Shown here: in pieces, positions 13,701-28,700 of the stretch
Position numbering within the stretch: position 1 is the stretch's first letter
How the letters are laid out: each line of letters starts with the position of its first letter
DNA from: Malacoraja senta
Taxonomy: Eukaryota
DNA: 64,000 nucleotides
Reading direction: 5' to 3'
NCBI GenBank assembly: GCA_038087875.1
Contig: CM075996.1
Coordinates: forward strand, 4,962,001-5,026,000
Made by a program: the position numbers and the translations under genes
Notes under the pieces: model-generated
What the model was told of the DNA's origin: nothing
The model's database searches: none
Seen by the model: only the letters and a program-made list of their open reading frames with translations

Positions 13701-16700
13701 CAGAAAATTCAAGAAGTACAACTTTCTATTCAAACAAATGTAGCTTCCATGTAGATTCTCATCTATTGAAGCTTTCAAGACAGATCACATTTTATCCACA
13801 GCAATTAAAATAGGTAGAGTTATGACAAGGGAACAACATGGCAGCAATGAATAACCGCAGCACAATTTAACTGGTTGGTGGGATGATGCTCCCCTTCTTT
13901 TAAATGTTTCTTGGATCCATTTTGACTCTTGTTCGATGGGCAGTCCCGTTCTGCTTCCGTTAACCAGTGCATAGTTAGGAAACAGCTAGTGATCAATTTG
14001 AATCATAATCATACTTTATTAGTCAAGTATGTTTTGTAACATACGAGGAATTTGATCTGCCATACAGTTAAACCAATAAAAAGCAACAGAACACACAAAA
14101 TACATTTTAACAAGGATTAAGAAACTAAAAAAGATAAAACTGATAAAAAGTAGTCTGAAAAAGGGTCTCGACCCGAAACGTCATCCATTCCTTCACTCCA
14201 TAGATGCTGCCTCACCCGCTGAGTTTCTCCAGCATTTTTGTCTACCAAAGTAATTACCCACCACACTTGCTCTCTAAGACTCTAAGAATCTAAGTATCTA
14301 ACTGCTAACTATTTCAGATAAAGCTTTAAAGTGAGTCTTCATCTGCAGGCAGAAGAATTAGATCTGGGAAGTTAATCTGATGTACTGTCTAACATAAATT
14401 CCTCAATTAACTTTGCTATGCAGGCAATTTGATCGTTATCATACTACATTTGTGGAACCACGCTGTGTACAAATTGGCTGCATTTTGATTAGAACTGTGC
14501 ACTTGGGATACTGCATTCGCCACTCTGGGAAGCAACGGTTGTGAAAAATACAACGTGCAATAACAGAATTGAAGGTTACACATAGGGACGTATTTTTGAG
14601 CAGGGCACTGGCGAGCCCAGTCCTCGAGTATTATGCAGAGTTCTGGCCCTATCATTTAAGAAAAGATATCCGTGTTGAAGACAGCTCAAACGAGACTCAC
14701 GGGGTGGGAGGGTTGTCCGATCACAAGCAGCTGAAACTGGATTTGCATTATTTGCACTTTATGAGAACAGAGTGCAATCTTATTGAAACATACAAAATTT
14801 TGAGGGGTAGACGTTCAGATGTTTCTCGGTCGTAGAATCTCTGAGAAGACAAAGTTACAAGATACGGGGATAGAAACAAAGTGGAGTAACTCAGAGGATC
14901 AGGCAGCATCTCAGGAGAAAAAGGATGGGTGATGCTTTTAGTCTGGGACCCTCTTCAGTCTGAAGGGTCCAGACTCAAAATATCACCCATCTTTTTTCTC
15001 CAGAGATGCTGCCTGACCCGTTGAGTTACTCCAGCACTTTGCATCTATCTTCAGTATATACTAGCATCTACAGTTTCTTGCCACATACAAGATAAGGGGT
15101 ACAGACATTTTCCAAGCCGCTGAGGAATGTCCACCCGACGCCGGAGTTCCAGCTTCACGGCAAGAGGGCCTGAAAACATCGGACTGGCTGCAAGGCCACA
15201 AATAGGCCCCGACCTCGGGTGGTCACAGAGGAAGAGGACTAAGCTTTCTGGTGCCTTTCCCCACAGTGGAATATTTTGATTCTGTTGTGGGGGGACGTTT
15301 GTATTGAACTCTATAATGTGTTGTGTCAATTTTCCTTTTTAAAATCTTTTTCTATGGATGTACGGAAACTTATTATTTATTTTATGTAAAGCACTTTGGT
15401 TTCAACGCGAGTTGATTTAAAACGTGCTATATAAATAAAACGTACTTACTTACATTTAAAACTGGCTAGTTGAATCTTCAGATTTCTCTACTCTAGTGTA
15501 TTGTGAAGGCTAGATAATTGGTGGTTAAGGGGTTTTTAAATATATTTTAAAGATCAGAAAATACAGGACAATGGGGAATTGGCTTAGGTATCGAGACCTG
15601 GGGCATGTCACAAATACTCAGGTCAAGCAGGCTTTGCGGAGTGGACAGTGTCATTATTTAAGGTCAATACCTTTCATCAGTATGAGGAAAAAAATAGTAA
15701 TCAAATATGTATCAAGTTATGGAGAAGGTGCTAGGGAAGGAAGAACAAAGAGACTGTCTGTGACAGGGCAGAGATGCAGTGATTGAAGACAAGTGGTGAA
15801 GATGTCAGAAGGTGAAGGCTTTTCAATCAGAAAAATAAAAAATAAATGGAAGGGTGTGAATAAGAACCGCTGAGGTAAAACTGCCAAAATTGAAATTCAC
15901 AATAAAAAGAGAATGTTGACAAAGTTGTTAAAAATGTAACATCAACTCCTTTCTCTCTGCTTGCTGATGCTGACCGACCAGAATATTTCTAGCATTCCAT
16001 TTTGCTTTAGATTTTAAACAATTGCTGTGTCCACACACTGTACATTTTTCTCATAGCTCATGTACCATCTTGCATGTACATCTCCTCCAGACATCACCTT
16101 ACTCTCACCCACCAACACAACCATTTGCATCACTGGTCTCCATCCTGTAATAGACATTCCCGTTTTCTCCACCTTGATTCCCTGCAAATTAAACCATTTG
16201 GTATCCAGCTTTTCCCAGCTCTGATGAAATCATTGACTAAACATGGCTTCTCTCTCTTCCCACCAAATTTTGCCTGACCTGCTGCACATTTCCAGAATTT
16301 TCCCTTTTTATTCAAATAGCCAGTGTCTGCAGTCTTCGTGACTTAAGTAATATCGAAGGCCATCCAAACCCGCCTGTTTCAGAAATCCACTTACAAATAA
16401 ATCATGTTTTTGGGCTGGTACTGAAGAAACCAAATGGCATGTTGGCCTTCATAGCGAGAGGATTTGAGTATATGAGCAAGGAGGTCCTACTGCAGTTGTA
16501 CAGGGCTCTGGTGAGACCACACCTAGAGTATTGTGTGGAGTTTTGGTCTCCTAAATTGATGAAGGACATTCTTGCTATTGAGGAAGTGCAGCATTGGTTC
16601 ACCAGGTTAATTCCAAGGATGGCAGGACTGACATATGATGAAAGAAAGGATCAACTGGGCTTGTATTCACTGGGATTTAGAAGGATGAGAGGGAATCTTA

Positions 16701-19700
16701 TAGAAACATATACAATTCTTAAGGGATTGGACACGCTGGATGCAGGAAAATTGTTCCCGATGTGGGGGAGTCCAGAACCAGGGGACACAGTTTAAGAATA
16801 AGGGGTAGGCCATTTAGGACTGAGATAAGGAAAAACTTCTTCACCCAGAAAGTTGTAAATCTGTGGAATTCTCTGCTACAGAAGGCAGTGGAGGCCAATT
16901 CACTGGATGTTTTCAAGAGAGTTAGATACAGCTCTTAGGGCTAACGGAATCAATGGATATGGGGAGAAAGCAGGATCGAGGTACTGATTTTGGATGATCG
17001 GCCATGATCATATTGAATGGCGGTGCTGGCTCAAAGGGCCGAATGGCCATTTATTAGCATTGTACATAAACAGATGAATTTCAAGGTCCATCAAAAGTAG
17101 TTCCAGGTACTCAACTGTCCTCCAAGTACAGCTAAGCTAAACCATGTTGAAAGTTTTGATCTCAGGCCTATACTAAGATGATCTAATTCAGAGGTTAAAA
17201 TTTGTCCGTGTTCTCCATTAGCAAAAGAAAAGGATTCATGCGAACCCTTCTACTTTTTCATTTTCAAAAAATCTGCTGGAAATGCAACTGTGTAAACTTT
17301 AGATAAAAACAATGTTTTCATATTCTGCCCCTCCCAATCCTCAGCCTCTCTCATCTTCCTGCCCCTACCACCACGTTGAATAACCTGTTGATATTCTGTC
17401 AAATTCAAAAACATATTATTATTATAGAACAACTGAGTGAAAGCCTCAGACAAAAACAGTAAAACAGAATACCAAATATTTAGAGACTGACCTTTCTACC
17501 ACAGCAATATCCAAGATTTTGCATGACAGGGTCGATCTCCAGCTCAAAGACCTCTGCCAATTTTGTACAGTACTTATACACACGCGACGTCTTGCGATTA
17601 TACAGCCAGGCATTGTTGAACATCAACCAAATGTCGTCTACATACTGCCATGGCTCCTGATACTGGCCAGTGTCCAGTTTGCGCTTGATTGTAGACAAGT
17701 CCATTGGTGTCTTCACTATGTCAAAGTAGTCCTTCAAGAGACAAGAGAAAAAACGATTGACTTTTCTATAAAAAGGTGCCAGAAGCATCCCCACAGGTTT
17801 AGATATACATCATCATTGCCTAAGATTTTCTCTACAACTTATACAAGTCATTTTCCAAAGTAAACACACATAAGGGATTTACTTGTATTATAAACGGGGA
17901 AATATGCAAACACTTGAAATAGAACAGAAATTAAGACACATTATTTTAGTTTCACACCATTGTCATTCACCAAAGACAGCAACTTGATGGCATATTTGCT
18001 GATTTCCCTCATTCAAATACTTATTGACCTGCCCTGCATTTCAATCTTTAATGCCTTTTGTCAAGCCTACAGTTTACACTATATCTTCATTATCCATGAA
18101 TCTTCTCATCTGAGTAATTGCAAGGACTGTCCCAGGCCCTGCTTCAAATTTGTTCTGAGATACAAAACCAGCAGAAATATTTGCCAGCACTTGTCAGGTG
18201 GTCCAGGGATGGGGTCCTGAATGTGAGCTGAGGCCAGGGTCTGGAGTAGACTGGAAAATGTCTGGCGCACTTGTATGTTTCAGCTGATCTTGACTAGCTG
18301 AAACCTGCATGCAATTGTTATATTACTCGAGATGTCAATGGCCTCAGAATGATCAGTTTTTCATCTGCACGAAAATTAAGCGTCCCCCATCCTTTGTGAA
18401 TAATGAGGACTTAGTGTACATATGCGGAGAAAAGTTTGTAAAAGAAAATGATAGCATGTGCATAATAATGTTTACTGAAAAATTAGCCCACGACAAGTTC
18501 AAAAGCACTGATAATGCCAAAATCAATGTTTTGCACTCAGGAAAAATGGAAAACACTTATATTTTATACGAAACGATGCAAAATCCCAATACCTCAGAGG
18601 TAGGAGGCAGGAGCAGGCCATTAAACAACGTAGGCCAGCCATTCAAAGCAAATCCTTGTTCATCTTGGAGTACAAGTCCACGTTCTCACCTGACCCTCAA
18701 ACCTCCCATCACTGCAAAAATCTCTGTTCCACATTTGAATATACTCCTTAGTTAATATCTCCTTAGTTAATATCTCCTTAGGGGGAAAGGTTTCTCAAAC
18801 TCCCACGTGAAAAAAACCTCAGTTCAGGCATAAAGCTCAGCCACTTAGGTCTATGCACTCAAGTTCTAAATTTTCCTTTTGGAGGAATCACATTTTCACA
18901 ATCACAATAATACTTTATTAGCCAAGTATGTTTTACAACATACGAGGAATTTCATTTGCCATACAGTCATACAAATAAAAAGCAACAGAACACACAAAAC
19001 ACATTTTAACACAGTGGCTCCTCCACATCCCTCACCATGACGGAAGGCGAAAAAAGTTCAAATCTCTTCCCTTGATCTCCCGCGGTCGGGGGCCTCGAGT
19101 CCTCCGTTGATGGGACGATCTTGACTCCCGTAGCCGGCGGCGTTTGGGCCCTCAGCATCGGGGCACTCCGCTCCTGCATCGGAGGGGATGTCAGCTCCCC
19201 CGCGCCGGTAACCGGACCCCGCGTTGGGGCTGGTCGAGCCTCTGCGTCAATGGAGCTTCCTGACCTGGCCTCTCCCGAGACTGCGAGCTCGCAATGGTAA
19301 AGTCCGCAGGCCGCGGTTGGAGCAAGGGATCGACTCCAATGTTAAGTCCACGCCCGCGGTGGGGCTTAAGGTCAGTCCGAGGAGGCCTCCAGCTCCATCG
19401 ATGGTAGGCCGCAGAGCGACCGGAGATGCGATCCGGAAAATAATTGGATCTCCGGCAAGGTAAGAAACTGTAAAAAAGTTTCCCCCTCCCCCCACCCCCT
19501 CATAAACAAACCAGAGAACATTTACACAAACTTTTAACACACGCTAAAAATAAAAAAGACGAAAAATCAGGCAGACTGTTGGCAGGGCTGCCAATCATGC
19601 AGCGCCCCTGGTGGTCAACCTTCACTGTTATTCTCCCAGAATCTTACAGGTTTCGGGAGATTATGCTTCATTCTCCCAAACACTGGTAACTGTAGGTCTA

Positions 19701-22700
19701 TTCAAAGTTACTGATTAGATTATAATTTCCTGTTCCTTGGTTAGTTCCATGAGATATTGCTCAGGAAACCCTTCCCCAAAGTGCGGAATAAAAACAGAAT
19801 TTAACTTATTCATTCATTATAAAATAATTTTTCATCCACATCAAAGGCTAGTGTTACAGCTTCTACCCTCAGTAGTCAATTCATCAAAAAGGTAGAACAT
19901 TAAAAATTGGAATTTGACTTAATCAGGTTAACGTACAACAAAGTTTGGCAAGTAACAAGGGGACCAATTCATCTCTATGGTATTTATATATGCCTTTTCT
20001 TTTTGTTGCCACCATGCTACAAAAAAAGCAGCAAAAGAGAAAAATTGCACGATACAAGAACATGTTTTGTACTAAAAATAAACACATCACAGAACTTGCT
20101 CTGGAGGCAAAAATTCATTGCATTTCTATTTTCCCAGCTGTTTCAGCTGAACTGGGAAAGTAATTAACTGTTGCTGCAATCTTTGAGTGCAGTCACTGAA
20201 AAATAGCATACATGATGCTCTGTATAGCCTCGCAAACTACTTACAGGAATACCCAGGAGTTGAGGATCCACAGGTTGACGGAAGGGAAGGGACTCAGGGT
20301 CCTGACGGTAAAGTGCTTCCAGTGTCGGCATTAGTGCCTGCCGCAGTTCTTCTGGCTTGAAAACTAAAGACAATGAAAAAAAGTAAATTCACAGAAGCTA
20401 AAGCAGACATCCACTTAAAAGCATTCAAAAGAAAGTCTTAAGCCTTTGCTAGCGCAAGCTGTTAGTTGTTCGCAACATTAGAAATAGACCATTATGAACC
20501 CATAAACTGATGAGTAAGCACACACCCGACTTTTAAAAATGGCAATATTGTGGGTAGCAAGGTTGTCTAAGCCTATCTCATAAAAGAAAATTGGGCAGTA
20601 CACTGGCAGATAACATTTAACCTCAACAAGGGTGATGCGATGGTTTTTGGGCAGTCAAATAGGGGTAGGGCATATATTGTATTGGCCAACACTCTGGTAA
20701 ATGTGACCTTGGGGTTCAAGTCCAAACTTACCCGAAAGTGGCAACATAGCTAGGGTAGTAAAGAAGGTATAGGGCATGCTTGACTTCATCGATCGGCACA
20801 AAACATAAGAATTAAGTTTCCAAGATACTGGCAAGGCCTCATTTGGAAGTATTGTGTGCAGTTCTGGTCACCACTAATGTAAGGATGTGATTGCACCAGT
20901 GAGAGTGCAGAGGAGAGTCACCAGGATGTTCTGTGCATTGGAGAAATTTAGGTAGCTGGGCTTGTTTTCCTTGGAGTGAAGAGGCAGAGGGGTGACAAGT
21001 TATACAAAATTATCAGTGTAGATAGTGTAGTCAAAACCTTTTCCCTCAAGTTAGTGCCATTCAGGATTCACACTTTCAACCACTTTAGATCTTCAAAACT
21101 GCAATTTTCAAATTAATAAATAGGATTTATCTTACTTAAAGGTGGATATGTACTGTACTGTTCCCATTCAAATCTTATTTTAGCAGAAACTTCAGTTTTA
21201 TTTACATCTTCTCCCCTCATCATTACAAGGACAAAAGTTATTGTACGTACTTTTCTTACGTGACTGTCCACTCGCAGGAGATGATTGCGTTGCCGAATTT
21301 GAAGTATCTTCTTCCTCTTTTACTTCACCTTTCACCTCTGGTTTCTTCTCATCAGCCTCCATTGGCTCCTGTTTACACTCTTCTACTGCAGGTTCTTCCT
21401 TCACCTGCATGTTCAAAATCAAAGTTTCTTGTTAAAAACGCAGATAGGTAAGAATTTCTTCTCCAGTTCTTTCAATATTGGGGAAAACAATCTGAGAGTA
21501 GATTTATAACTTGATACCCAGTAACCCAAAATATAGTGAACCAACCCAAAATTGCTTAACAATTTTGTAGAGCATTTTGTGACTAAGTAAACAAAGATAA
21601 TTTCTGTTAATGTTACCTGTGCAATTTGTAGGGAACGTATTTACTGATGTTAAAATGCTTGGTTTGGGAACAGCATCATCCAAGACTGCAAGAAATTGCA
21701 GCGAATTGTGGACACAGCCCAGACAATCTCACAAACTAACCTCCCTTCTATCGACTCCACTCCACTGCCTCGGCAAGGGCAGCAGCATAATCAAGGACGA
21801 GTCGCACCCTGGCCACTCCCTCTTCTCCCCTCTGGCAAAAGGTAGAGAAGTGTGAAAACGCACACCTCCAGATTCAGGAACAATTTCTTCCCAGCTGTTA
21901 TCAGGCAACTGAATCATCCTACCACAACCAGAGAGCAGTACTGAACTACCGTCTACCTCTTTGGTGACCCTCAGACTATCCTTGATCAGACTTTGCTGGC
22001 TTTACCTTGCATTAAACGTTATTCCCTTATCGTATATCTATACACTGTAAATGGCTCAATTGTAATAATGTATTGGCTTTCTGCTCACTGGATAGCACGC
22101 AACAAAAGCTTTTCACTGTACCTCGGTACGCGTGACAATGAACAATGTAAAATGTGTAAATAATATAGCTTCACAATGTGAAAACTAAACAACTGCAGAT
22201 GCTGGAAATCTAAAACAAAAATGCTGGAAATATTCAGCAGGTCAGGCTGCATCTGTGGGAAGTGAAACAGAGTCAATGTTTCAGGTTGGAGACCCTGCAC
22301 CAGAAACAGAAAGTAGACGAAAGAAACTACAGGGAGGGAGGGGAAGATATCCTCTCTGATAGGGTAAAACCAGGGTGACCGTTGGCATTGATCAGATAAG
22401 CTTTAAAAAAATATATATATATAGCTTAGCGAGAACATGGACAAAAGAATATGGAAGTTGCAAAATTCAGAGCAGGAGGACATCCAACAAGTCAGGCTGA
22501 ACAGATCCTCAACTCCTAGAGATATTAAAGTAAAGAGATATTATCATAAAATCAGGTGACTCCATTATTTAAGAAATAAATGTAATTTTGCACCTCTTGT
22601 TTAATTTCTTGTTTTAGCTCCACAGTTTCTGGCTCAGTTTCTTCCTCTTCTTGCTTTTCCTCCATCTTTACATCAGACATTGGTGCTTCAGGAGCAGTCT

Positions 22701-25700
22701 GTTGAGAATTTGTGTCTGTGCTACTGACCGATGCTGGGGTCGATACTCGGCCATCTGCACTAGCTGCCGACTGTGAAAGCTAAAACAAACCAATTGCAAT
22801 CAGGATATTGACAAAAACCAGAGAATACATTCCATTAAAGAAAAACTGGTTAAAAGCACAATATTAACGCATACAACAGTCGCACGTGGTTTCTTTTCTA
22901 AATTTAAGTTGTCTCTTAACTGGGTAAATTTTCTTCTAAAATGTAAATCAAAGGACTCCCAATATTAATATAATGGTGTTCTGGACAAAAAAAAAAAAAA
23001 AAAAGTCTCACAGAACATTGTGAGAAATGGAGTAGATAAGTAGATGGATGTTTTAGTTGTAGAGGCAATAGATCAGATTGCAGTTCTGGCTATTATAAAA
23101 TTATTAATTAAAAAATACAACTTTTTCACCCAGAGAGTTGTGAAAAGTCACAGGTGTAGATATTTTACTATAAGCTTTAATAATAATACTCACCGGGGTA
23201 CTGGGATGTTGAGGCGGTATCGATGCAATCGGTGTTGGGGTTGATGGTGCTGTATTCTGTTTTTGTGCTGCTGGGGTCAGTGGGGGCTGCTGCTGTTCCC
23301 GCTCTCGTTGCTGCTGCTTCACCCCAGCCGTGACCTGGGACTGCGGAGGTACTGATGGAGGAGGGGGAAGCTGCGCTTGTGGAGGTGTCTGAACTTGAGG
23401 AGGGGGCGGCATTGACGGCGGTTGCGAATTGGGTGACGGTGTCTGTTGTCGCTGTTGAGGGGGAATGCTACTAGGCGGTGTCTGGTGAGGAGTGGGCGTG
23501 AGACTTCCTGGTCCGGGGGACGGGGAATTCTGATGAAGCGAAGGCTGAGAATGAGGTGGTGGACAGTTGAATTGGGCATTCTGGACTCCTGGCTGCATGG
23601 AAGCAGAACTGTTGACAGGTAATGAGGTGTTCTGAGCCTAACAAGAAAATACATAAAATAGAAGACATTAACTCAATGAACTCGCGAAAAAAGACTAAAT
23701 CAATTTACAGAAGCACTATACTAAAATTGATAATTCCTCTAAAATACATTAGTTGGAAGCAAAACATTTTGTTTTAATATTTGAGTATATATTAAATTAA
23801 ACTAAGACAAAATTTATAGTTTGCATAAAAAATAAATTTAAATAAAAGACAGAAAATATTGAATATCGGTAATGCCACTAGAAGTTTAACCTTGACCTCA
23901 AATGCTGTCAGTGTGTAGATCGTACGTTCTTCCTGTGAAGTCATGGCTTACCCCCAGCTTCACATCACTGTAAATCGCAACACCAGACCCTGTCTAGGAT
24001 TGTAACTCCCCCTCCCCTTACACAGGCATTGTCTGTAGTGAGAGAATTGCAGAGTGGGGAAATTCCATGACAATTATCACTGAAAAGGAGGTGGCATTCG
24101 ATGCCTTAGAAGGCTTAAAAGTGGATTAATTGCCAGGGACTGATGAGATGTATACTAATCTGTTGCAACCCCAGCAATCTCCTGCCTCGCCTCCCAATGC
24201 AGGCTGCAATCATCTCATCAGAAACAAGGGATTAATGAGGAAGATGGCTGAACTTTATTGCCTTCCCTCACAGTGGGAAACGTTGATTCCGCTGTGGGGG
24301 GGTGTTTATGTTAAACTCTATTGTGTATTGTGTTCTTTTTTATTCGTATGGCTGTATAACTCAAATCTCACTGAACCAATTGGTGCATGTGACAATAAAT
24401 GTAACTTGAACTTAATCTATTTTTAAGAATGCTAAAGCATCTAATACCTCCTCATTTTCATTAGGTGTTTTAGAAGGCATATGAAATACTTGCCTTCAGT
24501 AGGCAGGGCATAGGACATAAAAAAGCAGGGAAGCTATGGTACAAATACATAAAACATTAGGATACAGCTGGACTATGTAGGTAGCTCTGGTGGTCACACA
24601 ACATGAAGGATATGATTATACTGGAGAGAATGCAGAGAAGATTCACAAGGATATTTCCTGGCATGAAACGTCTCAGCTATAAGACACTGGATAGTTTCCT
24701 TGGAGCCGAGTAGATGTGGTGGGTGAGAGTTTAATCTAATTGGAGTGTACAAAATTTGGAGGGGCACAGATTAGTAGTGGAGTCAATGACCAGAGTACAT
24801 AGTTAAACTCTGGCGTAGAGGATTTGAAGAGGCATTTCTTTCAACCAGAGGGCAGTTTAATCTTAAGTGCACTGTTTGTGGAAGGTACTCTCACATTTTA
24901 GTTGTATAAGATGAACAGTTGAAATGCTATTAAACAGAAGGCTACAGTCAGAGTGCAGGGAAATAGTATTAGTATAGGTGAGTACACGATCACTAACATA
25001 GATACAGTGGGGCCCATGGAACCACTTCTGTGCTACAAGACCCCTTTAAATAAAAACTAACATCTGGTAGCTTTTACGACTCGTTTGTCTTTGGGGAAAA
25101 AAGCCCTTATACCTCTGCCATTTTATCTTGGACATCTGGTATACGATTAAATTGCTACACCGTGACAAATTAATGATGGGGTCTACTCATTTTATTCTCT
25201 TCAGTTCACTTGCTGAATTTTTTCTCAATGCATGGATCTCTAACATTCTTTACTTGATTCCCAGATGAGATTGACAATTCTAAAGACTTAACATTTTATT
25301 TATTTTTTACATATGGTCATTTGTCCATTAAGATCCCCCAAATGTCAATATGAAATGGGAATAAGTGGAGCCAAAAGTTATCCACTGATTAATATTGAAA
25401 CCATTTTAAATGTAATAACGCAAAGCATTAAGATGGAAACATGAGGCTTGTTAACTCAATGTAGTTTACAAAAACAATGCATTTTACTCCATCTAGTAAA
25501 TCATTAAATGAATGACTATCATTCAATATTGATTTAAGTATGGTAGATGGATTCCCTTTGTTGCCAGTGTATTAATCCCATTTAGGATCTTGACTGTGCC
25601 AGTCTCAATAAGGTGTTTAAGATTATTGATAATAATATCTATGAAGTTCATCAAATTAAAAAGTAACCTACAAGTTTGAATACAAAAAAGGTAGAGGAAA

Positions 25701-28700
25701 GACTATTTAATACCGGAGACATGACAGGCTGGTTGCTGGCTTGCGTCATGGTGGTACTGCCAGTGTTCATTCCAGGAGAGGATACAGGAAACTGATTAGG
25801 GGTCAGGAACTGATTCTGGCCAGGATGCTGTGCAGCCATTGGCTGTGACATTCGGGAAGTGGTTAATCCCATCTGTGAACAAAAAAAATACTGATGTGAG
25901 AAGACAAGCGATTTCGGAAAGACATTTAATTAATTGTATTTCAGGGGGTTTAAGTTGTGTAGAATGTCGTTAATTATTATGGCAGTATCACGAAACTGTC
26001 TGCTGATGGCAGTCAGTGCAGAGTGAAGTCAAATGCCATTCAACGCTTCAATATGCGTGGTAGATCAGTGTCATCGCTAGATTGTGTAAGAAGGAACTAC
26101 AGATGCTGCTTTACACCATAGACAGACACAAAAAGCTGGAGTATCCCAGCAGGTCAGGCAGCATCTATGGAGAAAAGGAATAGGTGACGTTTCAAGTCTA
26201 GACTCTTCATCAGTCAATCTGATGAAGGGTCTCAACCCGAAACGTCACCTACTGCTTTTCTCCAGAGATGCTGCCTGACCCGCAGTTACTCCAGCCTTTT
26301 GTTTCTATTTTCAAGGCTGGATTGGCAGTTTAAGAGCATGTTTACCCATGCACTGGGATAAGTGGACCCAAAGACAGGGCAATTGGGGAAAAGTCTTTTC
26401 ATTTAGTAAGTTGTCTAACTCTCAAACTAATCATTAGCTCTGCAACAGTCTGTTACTGAGATCTTAGAATATTAAGATTAACAAATTAAATAAACAGCGC
26501 CTGCTTGTTCATGGCAATTAATTTTGTTTGGCAATTTTCAATTTGATGCAAATTAGACGTGCAATTTTATTCCAACTTGATTCTGCAGATTTGATTAACA
26601 ATATGCTTGCGTAATAGATATAAGCAAGACAAATAATTTGTAATCAGAAAACAATTGATTTGCATGATAACAGAAAGTATCGCCATCCTACCACTATACT
26701 TTGATGTTTGTTTAATCTGCTTTTATGCAGCTGTTTGGTATAGCATAAAATCAATATTCATTCATACGCTATGTGCATATTTAATCTAAAAGAGGAATGG
26801 ATTAAAAACAGTATTATCAAATGCCAAGTACATAATTAGCAAGTCCTTAATATGCATAATTTAGTGGTACCAATAATCCATATTCCTGCTTCAATATAAC
26901 CCATCCTCAATGTAGCACTTGACTAAAATTTTAATTTTTAATGTGTTTTAATGGAGAGGTTTTTCGGAGAATTGTGGTGGAGAAGATTCAAACTAAACCT
27001 GATTCATGGGTCCTGTTTGCGTCATCTGTCCTGGATGCGGTAATGGAGGATTTAAGCGTTGTCCCAGACCAGGCATCTGCATACTGCTCATAGGTGGAAA
27101 CTGATTCATTCCTGGATTGAACAGTAACAAAACAAAAAGCACCTTTTAATAGAAAAGTGTGAAAGCGTCATTTACACCATCAATCAAAGACATGGACAGA
27201 CACTCCTTGTAGTCGCCAGCAGAAACGTTAACTTCCAAATTGTAATTTCAAGCATGTTGAGGGACTATTTTTTATTACTTATTTACACATACACCCCATT
27301 TTATATCGCTTACATAATAGCAATATTTCACATTTTAATAGCTTTTAATTATTAAAATTTAATAATTTTAATGCACTAAAATTGTATCAAAAATGTTTCG
27401 AAAAGCGAGTTCGGTATTCCGACTGCACATGCCCAGGTCAAAGGTCACTATGCATAAGCCCTGGAAAGCAGCGGACCTTCATTTCTCCCGTTTTTTCCAG
27501 CTTTGATTCTTCTAGATAAGAAAATACTGCTTTCAAACTATGAAATAGTTGTATTTATTGCTCCTTTATTAAAAAGCTAAGATTATTTTGTTGTTTTTAT
27601 TGCTTTATTATGCTTTGGTGAGCGAGGGAGATCGTGGTCGGTGTCGTGTCTGGGTCTATTATGTTGCTGCTGGGCCGTCCCCGTCCCCTCTCGGGCGCCT
27701 TTTCTCTGCACTGGCTTTGGGCCTGGGGCCGCTGGTGTCGGTCGCAGCCAGCGCGGAGAAGAAGCAGCAACCCCAGCTCAACTCCCGCCGGGCCAACCGA
27801 CACCAGCCCAACAGGGACGAGACACCCGGGAGGGGACGGGAACGGCCCAGCAGCAACTCAACAGATCCGGACCCGACACCGACCACGGATGAGCACGATC
27901 TCACTCACTCACCAAAGCATGAAGCAATAAAAACAACAAAATAATCTTAGCTTTTAACAAAGGAACAATAAATACAACTATTTCTTAGTTTGAAAGCAGT
28001 ATTTTCTTACCTCGAATAATCAAAGCTGGAAAAAACAAAAGAAACGAAGATAGACAAAAATGCTGGAGAAACTCAGCGGGTGAGGCAGCATCTATGGAGT
28101 GAAGGAAATAGACAACGTTTCGGGCCAAACCCCTTCTTCAGAAATGAAGGTGCACAACTTCACTGCTTGCCAGGGCTGTTTATGCATAGTGACCTTTGAC
28201 CTGGGCATGCAGAGTCGGAATACCGAACTCACTTATATTAAGCCAATATATCTGTTTAGTTTGACACTTAAATTTCTATTCCCATTACCATCTAACATCA
28301 ATTTCACTGCAGTGTTAGGATGCAAGTGTCAAACAATGAAATCGTTGATCTTCAAACAGGAGATCAAATCATTCAAAATTATGAAAATGATTTCAATAAA
28401 TATGTCCGTTTGTGGCATGCATCAAAAGATGTCTAGAATGATGTCTAGTTTGCCAACAATATTGTTCTTATTGCCTCAAAGAACCTACCCCACTAACTTT
28501 CTGCTTTGGTCAACACGTGACTTTATATTATAGCGTTGCTTTAAGCCATAAATCATACCAGGACAAATACAAAAGCAGATTTTAGACTTCAACATTTCTA
28601 TGAAATATGAATACTTCAGCTGAATCTCCAGTTAGACTAATGGGGGAAAATGTGTTAATATAGTAAAAGGCTGTTGTAGCAGCTTACTGGACCAATACTT

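Larger units (their letters stand above)
26085..26310. mobile_element. Palindromic Penelope-type insertion with two intact, divergent hammerhead cores
   Basis: Inverted arms centred near 26216; degenerate 14-bp flanking repeat at 26071-26084 and 26311-26324. Confidence 0.8.

Noticed and set aside
27588..27944. Multiple overlapping ORFs on both strands
   Set aside because: By-product of the GC-rich palindromic interior of the fold-back element; the same applies to 39143-40100 and 63035-63822.
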